Notes: generated from the letters alone by a model not told the origin. A stretch of 64,000 nt of DNA from an uncultured Candidatus Kuenenia sp. (GCA_964545915.1 CAZJHQ010000001.1:47641-111640), one strand, 5' to 3'. Numbered from the stretch's first letter, positions 20,403 through 30,195 are shown. Numbers and translations: made by a program.

Positions 20403-20629
20403 GCGACCTCAACGACGACGTGGTTCGTCTGCTGGGCGGCGTAGGCGATGGCGGCGAGGATGTCGTCCCGCTCGAGGCAGGGATAGTCAGCCAAGATTTC
20501 CTCGACGGAGGCCCCGTTGGCGAGGAGTTCCAGCACGTCGGAGACGCGGATGCGCATGCCTCGGATGCAGGGCTTTCCGCCGCACTTGCCGGGCTCGATC
20601 GTGATCCGCGGGTGGGTTGTGGCCGTCAT
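20399..20629 (-). CDS. DUF433 domain protein (antitoxin-like partner of DUF5615)
   Basis: ITIEPGKCGGKPCIRGMRIRVSDVLELLANGASVEEILADYPCLERDDILAAIAY is the DUF433 signature. Confidence 0.8.
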   Translation of the reverse strand: MTATTHPRITIEPGKCGGKPCIRGMRIRVSDVLELLANGASVEEILADYPCLERDDILAAIAYAAQQTNHVVVEVA

Positions 20630-20723
20630 GCCCGAAGTATATCCCGGGGCTGACCGGCGAGTCATGCCCACCCGCCCGGCAAACAGCGACCACCACGGCA
20701 ACGTCGCGCCGCTTCCCGGATGA

Positions 20724-20990
20724 CGTCTAGATAGACGCGCCAGACTCGGGAGTAGGCGCAGCCCCAGGCCTCGTCATGGCAGGCACGAGTCGATCGAGAC
20801 GACCCTGCGGTTCTACGCGGGCACCGACGCCCAGCGGACGGCCGAGGCGGCTTGGGCGGCGTTCGACGCCCTCCAGCGGGTGTTCGGAGGGCCGTTTGCT
20901 AACAGTTTTGCTAACAGTGCCACTTCCGGGGGTGCCGACGCCGCACCCCCGGAGGAGCCATCCGCACTGGAAAGCACGGAACCAAATCGA
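20724..20990 (+). pseudogene. Tyrosine recombinase C-terminal remnant
   Basis: Frame containing HESIETTLRFYAG (the H...Y catalytic tail of tyrosine integrases). An in-frame stop lies at 20721 and no upstream catalytic domain is present. It ends at the att repeat, as the intact integrase does at the tRNA. Confidence 0.6.
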
Positions 20991-21005
20991 AGTAGGCCCG
21001 GTGTG
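20991..21005. repeat. attL-like direct repeat (copy of the tRNA-Met 3' end)
   Basis: AGTAGGCCCGGTGTG is identical to 56956-56970. Flanks partially match (CGAA upstream, CGAACAC downstream). Confidence 0.75.
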
Positions 21006-21205
21006 CCCCGAACACCCCTCGTCTTACTCGGGAAAAAGGCCAGCCGCCAAGGGGCGCGACGCGCCAGACGACGCGCTGGCCGAAATCTCCCTCCTGTGGC
21101 CCGATCTTGCCGTCACGGTGAGGCAGCGAGTGCTCAAGATCGTGAAGGCTGCTGGGAATCGGCGCAGCCGGCGATGATCGATGTTCCGCTGCGCGCGATC
21201 CGCCA

Positions 21206-21472
21206 ATGCTTATTCGAAGGCCGAACTCCCGCTGGCTCGTCTACCTCTTGCGCTGCCGTGACGGGTCGCTCTACACCGGCATCACCAACGACCTTCCCCG
21301 GCGGCTGAAGGCCCATAACGCGGGCAAGGCGTCTCGATACACCCGCAGCCGGCTTCCCGTAAAACTGGCCTACACCGAGCCGCAGCGGTCGAAATCGGCG
21401 GCCCTGAAACGGGAGGCCGCCATCAAGAGGCTTCGCCGGGCCGAGAAAGACCGGTTGGTGGCGAAACGGTGA
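21206..21472 (+). CDS. GIY-YIG nuclease family protein (UPF0213/YhbQ-like)
   Basis: WLVYLLRCRDGSLYTGITNDLPRRLKAHNAGKASRYTRSRLPVKLAY...REAAIKRL. Confidence 0.85.
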   Translation: MLIRRPNSRWLVYLLRCRDGSLYTGITNDLPRRLKAHNAGKASRYTRSRLPVKLAYTEPQRSKSAALKREAAIKRLRRAEKDRLVAKR

Positions 21473-21522
21473 CCGGCCGGGGATATTTCTATTTTTATCC
21501 GCGCCTCCATTCTCCCCCTTCC

Positions 21523-22161
21523 ATGCCCACCCCAATTTCCCTGCTCATCGCCTACCCCAAGGAACTCATCCGGGCGGGCCTACGGGTGATGCTGGAGAAA
21601 ACCGGCATCAAGATCGTCGGAGAGGCCGTAGACGCCCCCAGCACCCTCACGCTCGCCAAGAAGCACAAGCCCGCTGTGATTCTTCTGGACGCTGCGATTC
21701 CGGGCGGCGACTCGTTTGAACTGGCACGGACTCTCTCGAAGCCCCTGCCGGCCACCAAGTTCGTGTTCGTGACCGAGATCGACAACCCGACCTACATGGC
21801 CCGCGCACGTGCTGTCGGGGCTGCGAATTTCCTGCTCATGGGGTTCAGCCAGCGGGAACTCGTCACAGCCATCGAGGGCGCCGCTGCAGGAAAGCCAGTT
21901 TCGGGATCAGGGCCATTCGCCAAGATCGCCGCGTCGATGGAACCAAGAGATGCTCGGGCTGCGCGTGACTCTGGCCTGACGCCTCGGGAATCGCAGGTCT
22001 TGTCCCATGTGGCTTTCGGCCTGTCCAACGACGAGATCGCCCGGTCGCTCGAAATCAGCGTCGAAACCGTGAAAGAACACGTCCAGAACCTGCTGCGCAA
22101 ACTGAACGCCAAGGACCGGACGCAGGCGGCAGTGTGGGCGGTGCAGTCGGGTGTGGTGTAG
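21523..22161 (+). CDS. LuxR/NarL-type response regulator with atypical receiver
   Basis: C-terminal LuxR HTH (LTPRESQVLSHVAFGLSNDEIARSLEISVETVKEHV). The receiver domain keeps the LLD aspartate but lacks the N-terminal acidic pair (LLIAYPKE) and the conserved Lys. Confidence 0.8.
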   Translation: MPTPISLLIAYPKELIRAGLRVMLEKTGIKIVGEAVDAPSTLTLAKKHKPAVILLDAAIPGGDSFELARTLSKPLPATKFVFVTEIDNPTYMARARAVGAANFLLMGFSQRELVTAIEGAAAGKPVSGSGPFAKIAASMEPRDARAARDSGLTPRESQVLSHVAFGLSNDEIARSLEISVETVKEHVQNLLRKLNAKDRTQAAVWAVQSGVV

Positions 22162-22187
22162 GTCGCCCAGCGCGGAAGCCCTCGTGC

Positions 22188-22436
22188 CTACCTGACCAGC
22201 ACGGCGGCGGCAGCAAGCCCGGCCAACGCCAACACACCCCACGCCCCCACCACGACCAAGCACCCGCGCGTCGTCCGGTTGTAGACCCGGTTGTAGGCGG
22301 CTTTCCTCGGGTTCGTCAGCCAGCCCCACCCGCGCGGCACTTTCAGCCCGAGACCATGCCGGACGTACCGCTTCAGGCTCGTTCTGGCCGAGAGGCGTTT
22401 TTTCAGCGACGGGATTCTGAAGCCGATACGGACCAT
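22188..22436 (-). CDS. Small C-terminally membrane-anchored protein
   Basis: 82 aa. Basic N-terminus with a GWGWLTNPRKAAYNRVYNRTT motif, then one hydrophobic helix. Confidence 0.5.
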   Translation of the reverse strand: MVRIGFRIPSLKKRLSARTSLKRYVRHGLGLKVPRGWGWLTNPRKAAYNRVYNRTTRGCLVVVGAWGVLALAGLAAAAVLVR

Positions 22437-22466
22437 GGGCCTTCCTCTTCGTCGCGTCCTGACCGT

Positions 22467-23261
22467 CTAGGTGCGTTTGGCGGCCGGGACTACAGCCGCG
22501 GCGATTATCAGGGCCGCGCCGATCACGATGACCCCGATGCCGAAGTCCAGCGAAACAGCCTGAACCATCGCCTGCGCCAAGCCAGCAAACGGATTGCCGT
22601 CCAAGTCCTTCTTCATCTGGCTGGCCATTTCGCCGTGCAGCCAGAAGTACTTCCCGATGGTCAGCACGGCAGCCAGAGAACCCGCGATTCCCGGCACCCA
22701 AAACAAAGGCGTCTGCTTGGCAACGGCGGCTATCAGGGCAACCACGATGGCCGCGATCACGAGAAACCCTGAGATCGTCATTTCGCTCACGGCGCCTTCG
22801 CGAACCATCAGGCCCATGAATCCCAGATAACTCATGCTCCCGATGATCGGCAGGCGCAAAATCGAGCAGAAGAACCCCAAGAGCAGCGCGCCGGCCCCAC
22901 CCAAGCCCAGCAGCATGTTCACGGTGCTATCGGGCTTGGCGGTGTATCGAGCGCGAGCAGGACGTGTTCCAGTCGTCAGGATCGGAAACTGCGACTCCTG
23001 TTGAACCGGTAATTCTTGGGGCCGTACCGTGGGCGTCGTTACCGCTGGCTGCTTCGGATAGGCGGGAGAGGGTTGCGCGGCTGCCTCACCGGACGGAAAC
23101 AGCCCTTTGATCTGCCGGGCTGAAACCCACTGCTTCATCCCCGCGCGGCTCACCAGCGTTTCGGGCGTGATCCTGCCTTCCTGCGTGAGCGCCTTGATGC
23201 GGCTGTCGTCGAATGGCCCGCATGAGTTCCCGGCAATGACCACGTACCAATCGGACGGCAT
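22467..23261 (-). CDS. GYF_2 (DUF4339) domain membrane protein
   Basis: N-terminal WYVVIAGNSCGPFDDSRIKALTQEGRITPETLVSRAGMKQWVSARQIKGLF, a Pro-rich linker, then about 4 TM helices. Start taken at ATG 23261. Confidence 0.65.
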   Translation of the reverse strand: MPSDWYVVIAGNSCGPFDDSRIKALTQEGRITPETLVSRAGMKQWVSARQIKGLFPSGEAAAQPSPAYPKQPAVTTPTVRPQELPVQQESQFPILTTGTRPARARYTAKPDSTVNMLLGLGGAGALLLGFFCSILRLPIIGSMSYLGFMGLMVREGAVSEMTISGFLVIAAIVVALIAAVAKQTPLFWVPGIAGSLAAVLTIGKYFWLHGEMASQMKKDLDGNPFAGLAQAMVQAVSLDFGIGVIVIGAALIIAAAVVPAAKRT

Positions 23262-23612
23262 CTGGCTCGGCCCTCGCGGTTCACAGGCTCCGCGGGCTGG
23301 CCGACGAACACTGGCGTCAGAACCCGCAATCAGGCAAGTAGACGGCCGCTTGTCAGGGTCGTCTATGCGCTGCGGACCAAGGTTGTCCGCGTCCATGTCG
23401 ATGGCTTTGAACCGCGTTTTCGTGGGCTTTGACGCCGCGGACCATGGTTGTCCGCCCGCTGTGTTCAGATGCCGAGTTCGCCGCTGTTCGAGCGTCCGGA
23501 AAACTCGCCGCACGATTCGCATCCGAGGCCCGTTCGTTCCCCTATTCCGGGGGCCACAGAAGCCGTAATTTACTGGTGCTTCGAGACGTATCGACCGTAG
23601 CCATAGGGCACC

Positions 23613-26600
23613 ATGTCCAACCTGTTCTTCGAGCAGCCGATCCTCAACTCGCCGTACGAGTGCCCTTCCCGGCACTGGGAGTTGGACGAGCATGGCCAGC
23701 CAACGCAACAGATCGTCGATTCCCGGCGTCGGGCTGAGTTCATCACGCCGATTCCCAAGCCAAAGAAGCGAAAGGGCAAGCGGGATACCCAGACGTCGCT
23801 ACCACTCGGGGACGACACGGGCCTGTCGACGACCAAGCAGCAGTACGAGTCGATGTCGATCATCAGCGAGGTCCGCAACGCGGTCTCGTTGTGGCGTGAC
23901 AAGTTGAAGCCCAGCGAATGGGGAGTGACGCCTGAAACTGCTCGGCTGCTGAAGCACTGGCGGTCACACAAGTTTGCCGGGGTGAGACCGTTCTTCTGCC
24001 AAGTCGAGGCGGTGGAGACCGCGATCTGGCTGACCGAGGTTGCTCCCCACACAGCCAACGGCAAGCGGGTGCTCGAATACCTTGCCCGTGCGAACGAGGA
24101 TGCGAACCCCGGTCTCTTGCGGCTGGCCCTGAAGTTGGCCACGGGCGCGGGCAAGACCACCGTGATGGCCATGCTGATCGCTTGGCAGACGGTGAATGCT
24201 GTTCGCCGCCCGGGCAGTAAGAACTTCGCCCGCGGATTCCTGCTCGTCGCCCCGGGCCTGACGATTCGCGACCGTCTTCGGGTCCTCCTGCCGAACGACC
24301 CTGACAACTATTACGGCACGCGTGAACTCGTTCCCAGCGACATGCTCGAAGACATGCAGCGGGCGAAGATCGTCATCACGAACTACCACGCCTTCATGCT
24401 GCGCGAGCGGCTGGAAGTCTCGGCAGGTACTCGTGGGCTGCTGCAGGGGCGCGGCGAGGAACTGAAGACCAAGGAGACAGAGGGGCAAATGCTCCAGAGG
24501 GTGATGCCCGACCTGATGGGCATGAAGAACATCCTCGTGATCAACGACGAGGCCCATCACTGCTACCGTGCGAAGCCACTGGACGAGGACGACGAGGATC
24601 TGAAGGGCGACGAACGGAAGGAGGCGGAGAAGAACAGGGAAAAGGCCCGCGTATGGATATCCGGGCTGGAGGCCGTGAACCGGAAACTCGGCGTCCAAAG
24701 GGTGTTCGACCTGTCTGCGACGCCATTCTTCCTGCAGGGTTCTGGCTACGCCGAAGGCACGCTCTTCCCGTGGACCATGAGTGACTTCTCCCTCATGGAC
24801 GCCATCGAGTGCGGAATTGTGAAACTCCCGCGGGTGCCGGTCGCCGAGAACATTCCCGGCGACGAGATGCCCATGTTTCGCAACCTCTGGGAGCACATCC
24901 GAGCCGACATGCCGAAGAAGGGCCGCGGCACGGCTGGCACACTCGACCCCCTGAAACTCCCTGCCCGGCTGCAGACCGCCCTTCATGCCTTGTACGGCCA
25001 CTACGAGCAGACGTTCAGGCTCTGGCAGGACAGCCGCATCGAGGTGCCGCCCTGCTTCATCATCGTCTGCCAAAACACGGCCATCTCGAAACTCGTGTTT
25101 GACTACGTCTCGGGCTTCGTCCGCGAAAACGCCGATGGCTCCACGACTCCAGAGAACGGCCGCCTTCCCCTCTTTCGGAACTTCGACGCAGACGGGAAAC
25201 CACTGTCCAAGCCCAACACACTCCTGATCGACAGTGAGCAACTGGAGACGGGCAACGCCTTGGATAGCAACTTCCGCGCGATGGCAGCGGACGAGATCGA
25301 GCGGTTCCGTCGCGAGATCGTGGAGCGTACAGGGAATGCCCGAGACGCGGAAAATTTGTCGGATCAGGAACTGCTCCGGGAGGTGATGAACACCGTCGGC
25401 AAGCCGGGCACGCTCGGTGGCGGCATCCGGTGTGTGGTGTCCGTTGCCATGCTCACCGAAGGCTGGGACGCCAACACGGTCACGCACGTCCTAGGCATCC
25501 GGGCATTTGGGACACAACTCCTGTGCGAGCAGGTGATCGGTCGTTCGCTGCGCCGGCAGTCCTACGAACTCAACGAGAAGGGCTTGTTCAACGTCGAGTA
25601 CGCCGACGTGTTTGGCATCCCGTTCGATTTCACGGCGAAGCCCGTCGTCGCCCCGCCACAGCCGCCGCGTGAGACGGTCATGGTCAAAGCCATGCGGCCG
25701 GAACGCGACCACTTGGAGATTCGCTTCCCGCGCGTGGAGGGCTACCGCGTTGAATTGCCCGAGGACAGCCTAGCGGCCACGTTCAGCGGCGACTCCGTGC
25801 TCGAACTGACGCCCGATCTGGTCGGCCCGTCGATCACACAGAACGCGGGCATCATCGGTCAGGCCGCTGACATGAGCCTCAAGCACCTCGGCAACATGCG
25901 CCAGTCGACGCTGCTGTACGAACTCACCCGGCGGCTGCTCTACACCAAGTTTCGCGACGCGGGCGAGGAGCCGAAACTTCACCTGTTCGGCCAACTCAAG
26001 CGGATCACGAAGCAGTGGCTCGACACCTGCTTGGTCTGCAAGGGGAGCACGTATCCCGCACTGTTGCTGTACGAGCAACTCGCCGACACGGCCTGCCAGC
26101 GGATCACGAGCGGCATCACGCAGGCGTACATGGGAACGCGGCCAGTCATGGCGATGCTCAACGCCTACGAGGCGACAGGGTCATCCCGCCACGTGAAGTT
26201 CAACACATCGCGCGACACCCGCTGGCAGACGTCGCCAGATCGCTGCCACGTCAACTGGGTCGTGTACGACAGCGACTGGGAGGCGGAGTTCTGCCGCGTG
26301 GCGGAATCCCATCCGCAGGTCCGGGCGTACGTGAAGAACCACAACCTCGGCTTCGAGGTCCCGTACCGTTACGGCTCCGAAGTCCGGAAGTACCTGCCCG
26401 ACTTCATCGTGCTCGTTGACGACGGCCACGGCGACGATGACCTTCTGCATCTGGTGGTCGAGATCAAGGGGTACCGCCGCGAGGACGCCAAGGAGAAGGC
26501 GGCCACGATGCAGACGTATTGGATACCCGGTGTGAACAACCTCGGGACCCACGGCCGCTGGGCATTCGCCGAGTTCACCGAGGTCTACCAGATGGAGAGT

Positions 26601-26672
26601 GACTTCGCGGCCAAGGTCGAAAAAGCCTTCGGCGAGATGATCGATTCTGTAGCCGCCCAACCAGCCACGTAG
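23613..26672 (+). CDS. res: Type III-like restriction enzyme Res subunit (SF2 DEAH helicase + nuclease)
   Basis: Walker A LATGAGKTTVM, DEAH box (INDEAHHCY) and motif VI QVIGRSLRR. Directly upstream of a beta-class methyltransferase. Confidence 0.9.
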   Translation: MSNLFFEQPILNSPYECPSRHWELDEHGQPTQQIVDSRRRAEFITPIPKPKKRKGKRDTQTSLPLGDDTGLSTTKQQYESMSIISEVRNAVSLWRDKLKPSEWGVTPETARLLKHWRSHKFAGVRPFFCQVEAVETAIWLTEVAPHTANGKRVLEYLARANEDANPGLLRLALKLATGAGKTTVMAMLIAWQTVNAVRRPGSKNFARGFLLVAPGLTIRDRLRVLLPNDPDNYYGTRELVPSDMLEDMQRAKIVITNYHAFMLRERLEVSAGTRGLLQGRGEELKTKETEGQMLQRVMPDLMGMKNILVINDEAHHCYRAKPLDEDDEDLKGDERKEAEKNREKARVWISGLEAVNRKLGVQRVFDLSATPFFLQGSGYAEGTLFPWTMSDFSLMDAIECGIVKLPRVPVAENIPGDEMPMFRNLWEHIRADMPKKGRGTAGTLDPLKLPARLQTALHALYGHYEQTFRLWQDSRIEVPPCFIIVCQNTAISKLVFDYVSGFVRENADGSTTPENGRLPLFRNFDADGKPLSKPNTLLIDSEQLETGNALDSNFRAMAADEIERFRREIVERTGNARDAENLSDQELLREVMNTVGKPGTLGGGIRCVVSVAMLTEGWDANTVTHVLGIRAFGTQLLCEQVIGRSLRRQSYELNEKGLFNVEYADVFGIPFDFTAKPVVAPPQPPRETVMVKAMRPERDHLEIRFPRVEGYRVELPEDSLAATFSGDSVLELTPDLVGPSITQNAGIIGQAADMSLKHLGNMRQSTLLYELTRRLLYTKFRDAGEEPKLHLFGQLKRITKQWLDTCLVCKGSTYPALLLYEQLADTACQRITSGITQAYMGTRPVMAMLNAYEATGSSRHVKFNTSRDTRWQTSPDRCHVNWVVYDSDWEAEFCRVAESHPQVRAYVKNHNLGFEVPYRYGSEVRKYLPDFIVLVDDGHGDDDLLHLVVEIKGYRREDAKEKAATMQTYWIPGVNNLGTHGRWAFAEFTEVYQMESDFAAKVEKAFGEMIDSVAAQPAT

Positions 26673-26685
26673 GGAAACGAGCCAG

Positions 26686-29469
26686 ATGGCGAAGAAGCCA
26701 GCAGCCAAGAAGTCGGTCGAGACGCTCACGCACGAGGGCGACAAGCGGCGGAACATTCCGACGGCCGAAATGCAGTCGGTGATGAAACCCGAGCAGCAGG
26801 GGCCGATTCGTGTCGAGTACGACCGGCGCAACCGGGACCTCGACCCACAACTGGTCTGGCGGGGCAAGGACGAGCAGGACTGGAGCGATCTCGTCGTCAA
26901 CGCCCCGCCGCTCTACATCCAAGAGAAGGTGCACCCAAAGGTACTGATCGACGACCTCCTGAAGCAGACCGAGAAGAGCGATCGCACCGGCCGGGAGTAC
27001 CAGCACGACCTGTTTCACGTGTTCAACGGCGCGCCCGAGGGGGCTGACCGGACGGACTTCTACCAGCACGATCAGAACTGGTCGAACCGGATGATCCTCG
27101 GCGATTCGCTGCAGGTCATGGCGAGTCTGGCAGAGCGCGAGGGGCTACGCGGCAAGGTGCAGTGCATCTACTTCGACCCACCCTACGGCATCAAGTTCAA
27201 CTCCAACTTCCAGTGGAGCACAACGAGCCGGGACGTGAAGGATGGCAAGGTGGATCACATCACGCGCGAGCCTGAACAGGTGAAGGCTTTCCGCGATACG
27301 TGGCGAGATGGAATCCACAGTTACCTTACGGTCCTCAGGGATCGGCTAACGGTCGCCCGCGATTTGCTCACGGAATCGGGGTCGATTTTTGTGCAGATCG
27401 GTGGCGAGAACGTCCATCGCGTTAGGGAAGTCCTCGATGAGGTTTTCGGGGAGGACAACTGCATAGAGACGATTGCCTTCCGCAAGAAAACCATGCCACT
27501 CGGGGGGCGACTTTTGGAGGGTATTTGCGACTACATCATTTGGTACGCGCGCAACAAGTCGCAGGTGAAATACCGCAGCCTCTATCAGGCTATGGATGTG
27601 CAGGGTGATAGCCACTGGAACATCGCTATGGAGAAGAGCGGTGCAGCACGGCCGATGAGCAGGGCGGAAATCGATGAGCACAAATTGCTGCCGCCTGAGA
27701 CAGATGTCGGCCAACTCATCAGCCTGTACCCGACGGGGGCATTTGCGACCGGGATATACCCTTTTGATTTTCAGGGTCGGCAGTACGCTCCACCAGCAGG
27801 AAAATCATGGAAGTCTCCCATCGACGGCATGACCCGACTCGCACGCGCGGCGCGACTGTTTCCGTACAGCGGCGGCTCGACGCTCCGCTACTTGTTGCGA
27901 TTCTCTGACTACCCCGTTACTCCGTACTCCAACCTATGGGGAGATACGTCTGCCCCCAGCGGTATGCAGTACGTTGTCGAGACCAACACAAAGGTCGTAG
28001 CCCGCTGCATGTTGATGGCCACCGATCCCGGCGACCTCGTCCTCGACCCTACCTGCGGCTCGGGCACAACTGCGTACGTTGCTGAGCAATGGGGACGCCG
28101 CTGGATCACGATCGACACCTCGCGCGTCGCACTAGCCCTTGCACGTGCTCGCATCATGGGCGCTCGTTACCCGTACTACCTTCTGGCTGATTCCCGTGAT
28201 GGCCAGAAAAAGGAGGCAGAGATTACGGCTACAGCGATATCGACGCAGCCGGTCCACGGCAACGTACGCCTCGGCTTTGTCTACGAGCGGGCACCTCACA
28301 TCACCCTGAAGTCGATCGCCAACAACGCTGAGATCGACGTCATCTACGACAAGTGGCAGGCGAAACAGGAGCCGTTGCGGGAGGCGCTCAACGCAGCCCT
28401 CAAGAAGAAATGGGAAGAGTGGGAGATTCCTCGGGAGGCAGACTCGAAGTGGCCTGCGGCCGCAACCAAAGCCCACTCTGACTGGTGGGCGGCGCGTATC
28501 GCTCGGCAGAAGGAGATTGACGCCTCGATCGCCGCCAAGGCCGAGTGCGAGTACCTGTACGACAAGCCGTACGAGGACAAGAAAAAGGTACGTGTCGCTG
28601 GGCCGTTCACAGTCGAAAGCCTGTCGCCCCACCGTGTACTGGGTGTGGACGAGAACGACGCCCTGATCGACCCCGCCAAGAAGGCCCGCGTCGCCTCCGA
28701 GTCCGACAGTTCTTTCGAGCAGGTGATTCTGGAGAACCTGAAGGCAGCCGGGGTTCAGCAGGCCCACAAGGAAGACAAGATCACGTTCACCTCGCTTGCG
28801 CACTGGCCGGGCCAACTCGTCTGCGCCGAGGGCTTCTATCAGGAGGGCGGCAAGGACCGCCGGGCGGCGATCTTCATCGGCCCTGAGTTCGGAACGGTGA
28901 CGCGGCCCGATCTCGTGGCTGCCGCGCGTGAAGCAGCCGACGCGGGCTTCGACGTGCTGATCTCCTGCGCTTTCAACTACGAGGCCCACGCGACCGAGTT
29001 CAACAAACTCGGCCGCATCCCGGTCCTCAAGGCCCGGATGAACGCCGATCTTCACATGGCGGAGGACCTCAAGACCACGGGCAAGGGCAACCTGTTCGTG
29101 ATCTTCGGCGAGCCGGACATCGAGGTTCTCCCCGATGGCGACATGCTGCAGGTGAAGATCAACGGCGTGGACGTGTTTCACCCCAACACCGGCGAGGTCC
29201 GCAGCGACGGCGCTGACGGGATCGCCTGCTGGTTCATCGACACGGACTACAACGAGGAGAGTTTCTTCGTCCGCCACGCCTACTTCCTCGGGGCCAACGA
29301 TCCCTACGGCGCCCTGAAGACAACGCTCAAGGCGGAGATCAATCCCGAGGCATGGGAGAGCCTCAACAGCGACACATCCCGGCCATTCCGGAAGCCGTCG
29401 TCAGGTCGCTTCGCCGTGAAGGTCATCAACCACCTCGGCGACGAGGTGATGAAGGTGTTCAAGGTCTAA
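26686..29469 (+). CDS. mod: Site-specific DNA methyltransferase (Type III Mod-like, N6-A/N4-C beta class)
   Basis: Motif IV IYFDPPYG precedes motif I LDPTCGSGTTAYVA. The central segment between them is AT-richer by eye, consistent with a target-recognition domain. Confidence 0.9.
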   Translation: MAKKPAAKKSVETLTHEGDKRRNIPTAEMQSVMKPEQQGPIRVEYDRRNRDLDPQLVWRGKDEQDWSDLVVNAPPLYIQEKVHPKVLIDDLLKQTEKSDRTGREYQHDLFHVFNGAPEGADRTDFYQHDQNWSNRMILGDSLQVMASLAEREGLRGKVQCIYFDPPYGIKFNSNFQWSTTSRDVKDGKVDHITREPEQVKAFRDTWRDGIHSYLTVLRDRLTVARDLLTESGSIFVQIGGENVHRVREVLDEVFGEDNCIETIAFRKKTMPLGGRLLEGICDYIIWYARNKSQVKYRSLYQAMDVQGDSHWNIAMEKSGAARPMSRAEIDEHKLLPPETDVGQLISLYPTGAFATGIYPFDFQGRQYAPPAGKSWKSPIDGMTRLARAARLFPYSGGSTLRYLLRFSDYPVTPYSNLWGDTSAPSGMQYVVETNTKVVARCMLMATDPGDLVLDPTCGSGTTAYVAEQWGRRWITIDTSRVALALARARIMGARYPYYLLADSRDGQKKEAEITATAISTQPVHGNVRLGFVYERAPHITLKSIANNAEIDVIYDKWQAKQEPLREALNAALKKKWEEWEIPREADSKWPAAATKAHSDWWAARIARQKEIDASIAAKAECEYLYDKPYEDKKKVRVAGPFTVESLSPHRVLGVDENDALIDPAKKARVASESDSSFEQVILENLKAAGVQQAHKEDKITFTSLAHWPGQLVCAEGFYQEGGKDRRAAIFIGPEFGTVTRPDLVAAAREAADAGFDVLISCAFNYEAHATEFNKLGRIPVLKARMNADLHMAEDLKTTGKGNLFVIFGEPDIEVLPDGDMLQVKINGVDVFHPNTGEVRSDGADGIACWFIDTDYNEESFFVRHAYFLGANDPYGALKTTLKAEINPEAWESLNSDTSRPFRKPSSGRFAVKVINHLGDEVMKVFKV

Positions 29470-29618
29470 ATCCCCGCCAAAACCCGGGCATATTCCCTAG
29501 CGGACTTCTGTTCGCACTCGGCAGCCCTCGCGCGTCTTCTCCCGGCCGCTGATCTCTCCGGCGGCTGATTTCCCTCTCTCGCTGGCGCTCCCCGTCTGCG
29601 CCCAAGGAGCCTACCCAC

Positions 29619-30143
29619 ATGCAAATCCACGTCACGCTGATTCCCATTTCCAGTCCTGCCCAACTCCCCCTCGGCCCTGACCCTCCCGCGCACGTCTACC
29701 ACTACACGACCGGCCTGAAACTCCGCTCGATCATCAACAGCGGCCAGATCAAACCCACGACCGCCAAGATCGACGCGCATGAGAAGCCCGTCGCGTGGTT
29801 CAGCACCCAAGACCAGTGGGAACCGACTGCCACGAAGGTTCCAATCCCGGGCATGCAGGGCCAGATCATGACGGCGCAGGCCCAAGGCGGTCTGGTGCGC
29901 ATCGCAGTCCCGGGAACCAGCGCGCCGTACGTGTTCCCGCAACTGCCCCTGATCGCCGGCACGAAGCCCAGTGTCTGTGTCGGCTTGCTGCTTGCCGGCC
30001 TCGAACTCGGCAGTGATCCCGACACGTGGCGATTCACTCCCACGCCTGTCCCCACTGCCCTGTTCCGAGAGGTCGAGTTCTACGACTTCGCCAGTAACCG
30101 GTGGCTGGCAATTGATCTGGCCGAACTCGCCTGCCGCAACTGA
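29619..30143 (+). CDS. Hypothetical protein
   Basis: 174-aa ORF with coding-like composition downstream of mod. No motif recognised. Confidence 0.5.
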   Translation: MQIHVTLIPISSPAQLPLGPDPPAHVYHYTTGLKLRSIINSGQIKPTTAKIDAHEKPVAWFSTQDQWEPTATKVPIPGMQGQIMTAQAQGGLVRIAVPGTSAPYVFPQLPLIAGTKPSVCVGLLLAGLELGSDPDTWRFTPTPVPTALFREVEFYDFASNRWLAIDLAELACRN

Positions 30144-30195
30144 CTGACTGATTTTCCATTCGCTCTGACACTATCACCCCTCAAGGAGACGCAAC

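Larger units (their letters stand above)
15590..20990. mobile_element. Decayed genomic island remnant (TA modules, IS debris, integrase fragment)
   Basis: Run of TA genes, an IS91 transposase, an IS3 fragment, truncated genes and an integrase C-terminal fragment ending at the tRNA-derived repeat at 20991. The left boundary is uncertain. Confidence 0.4.
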
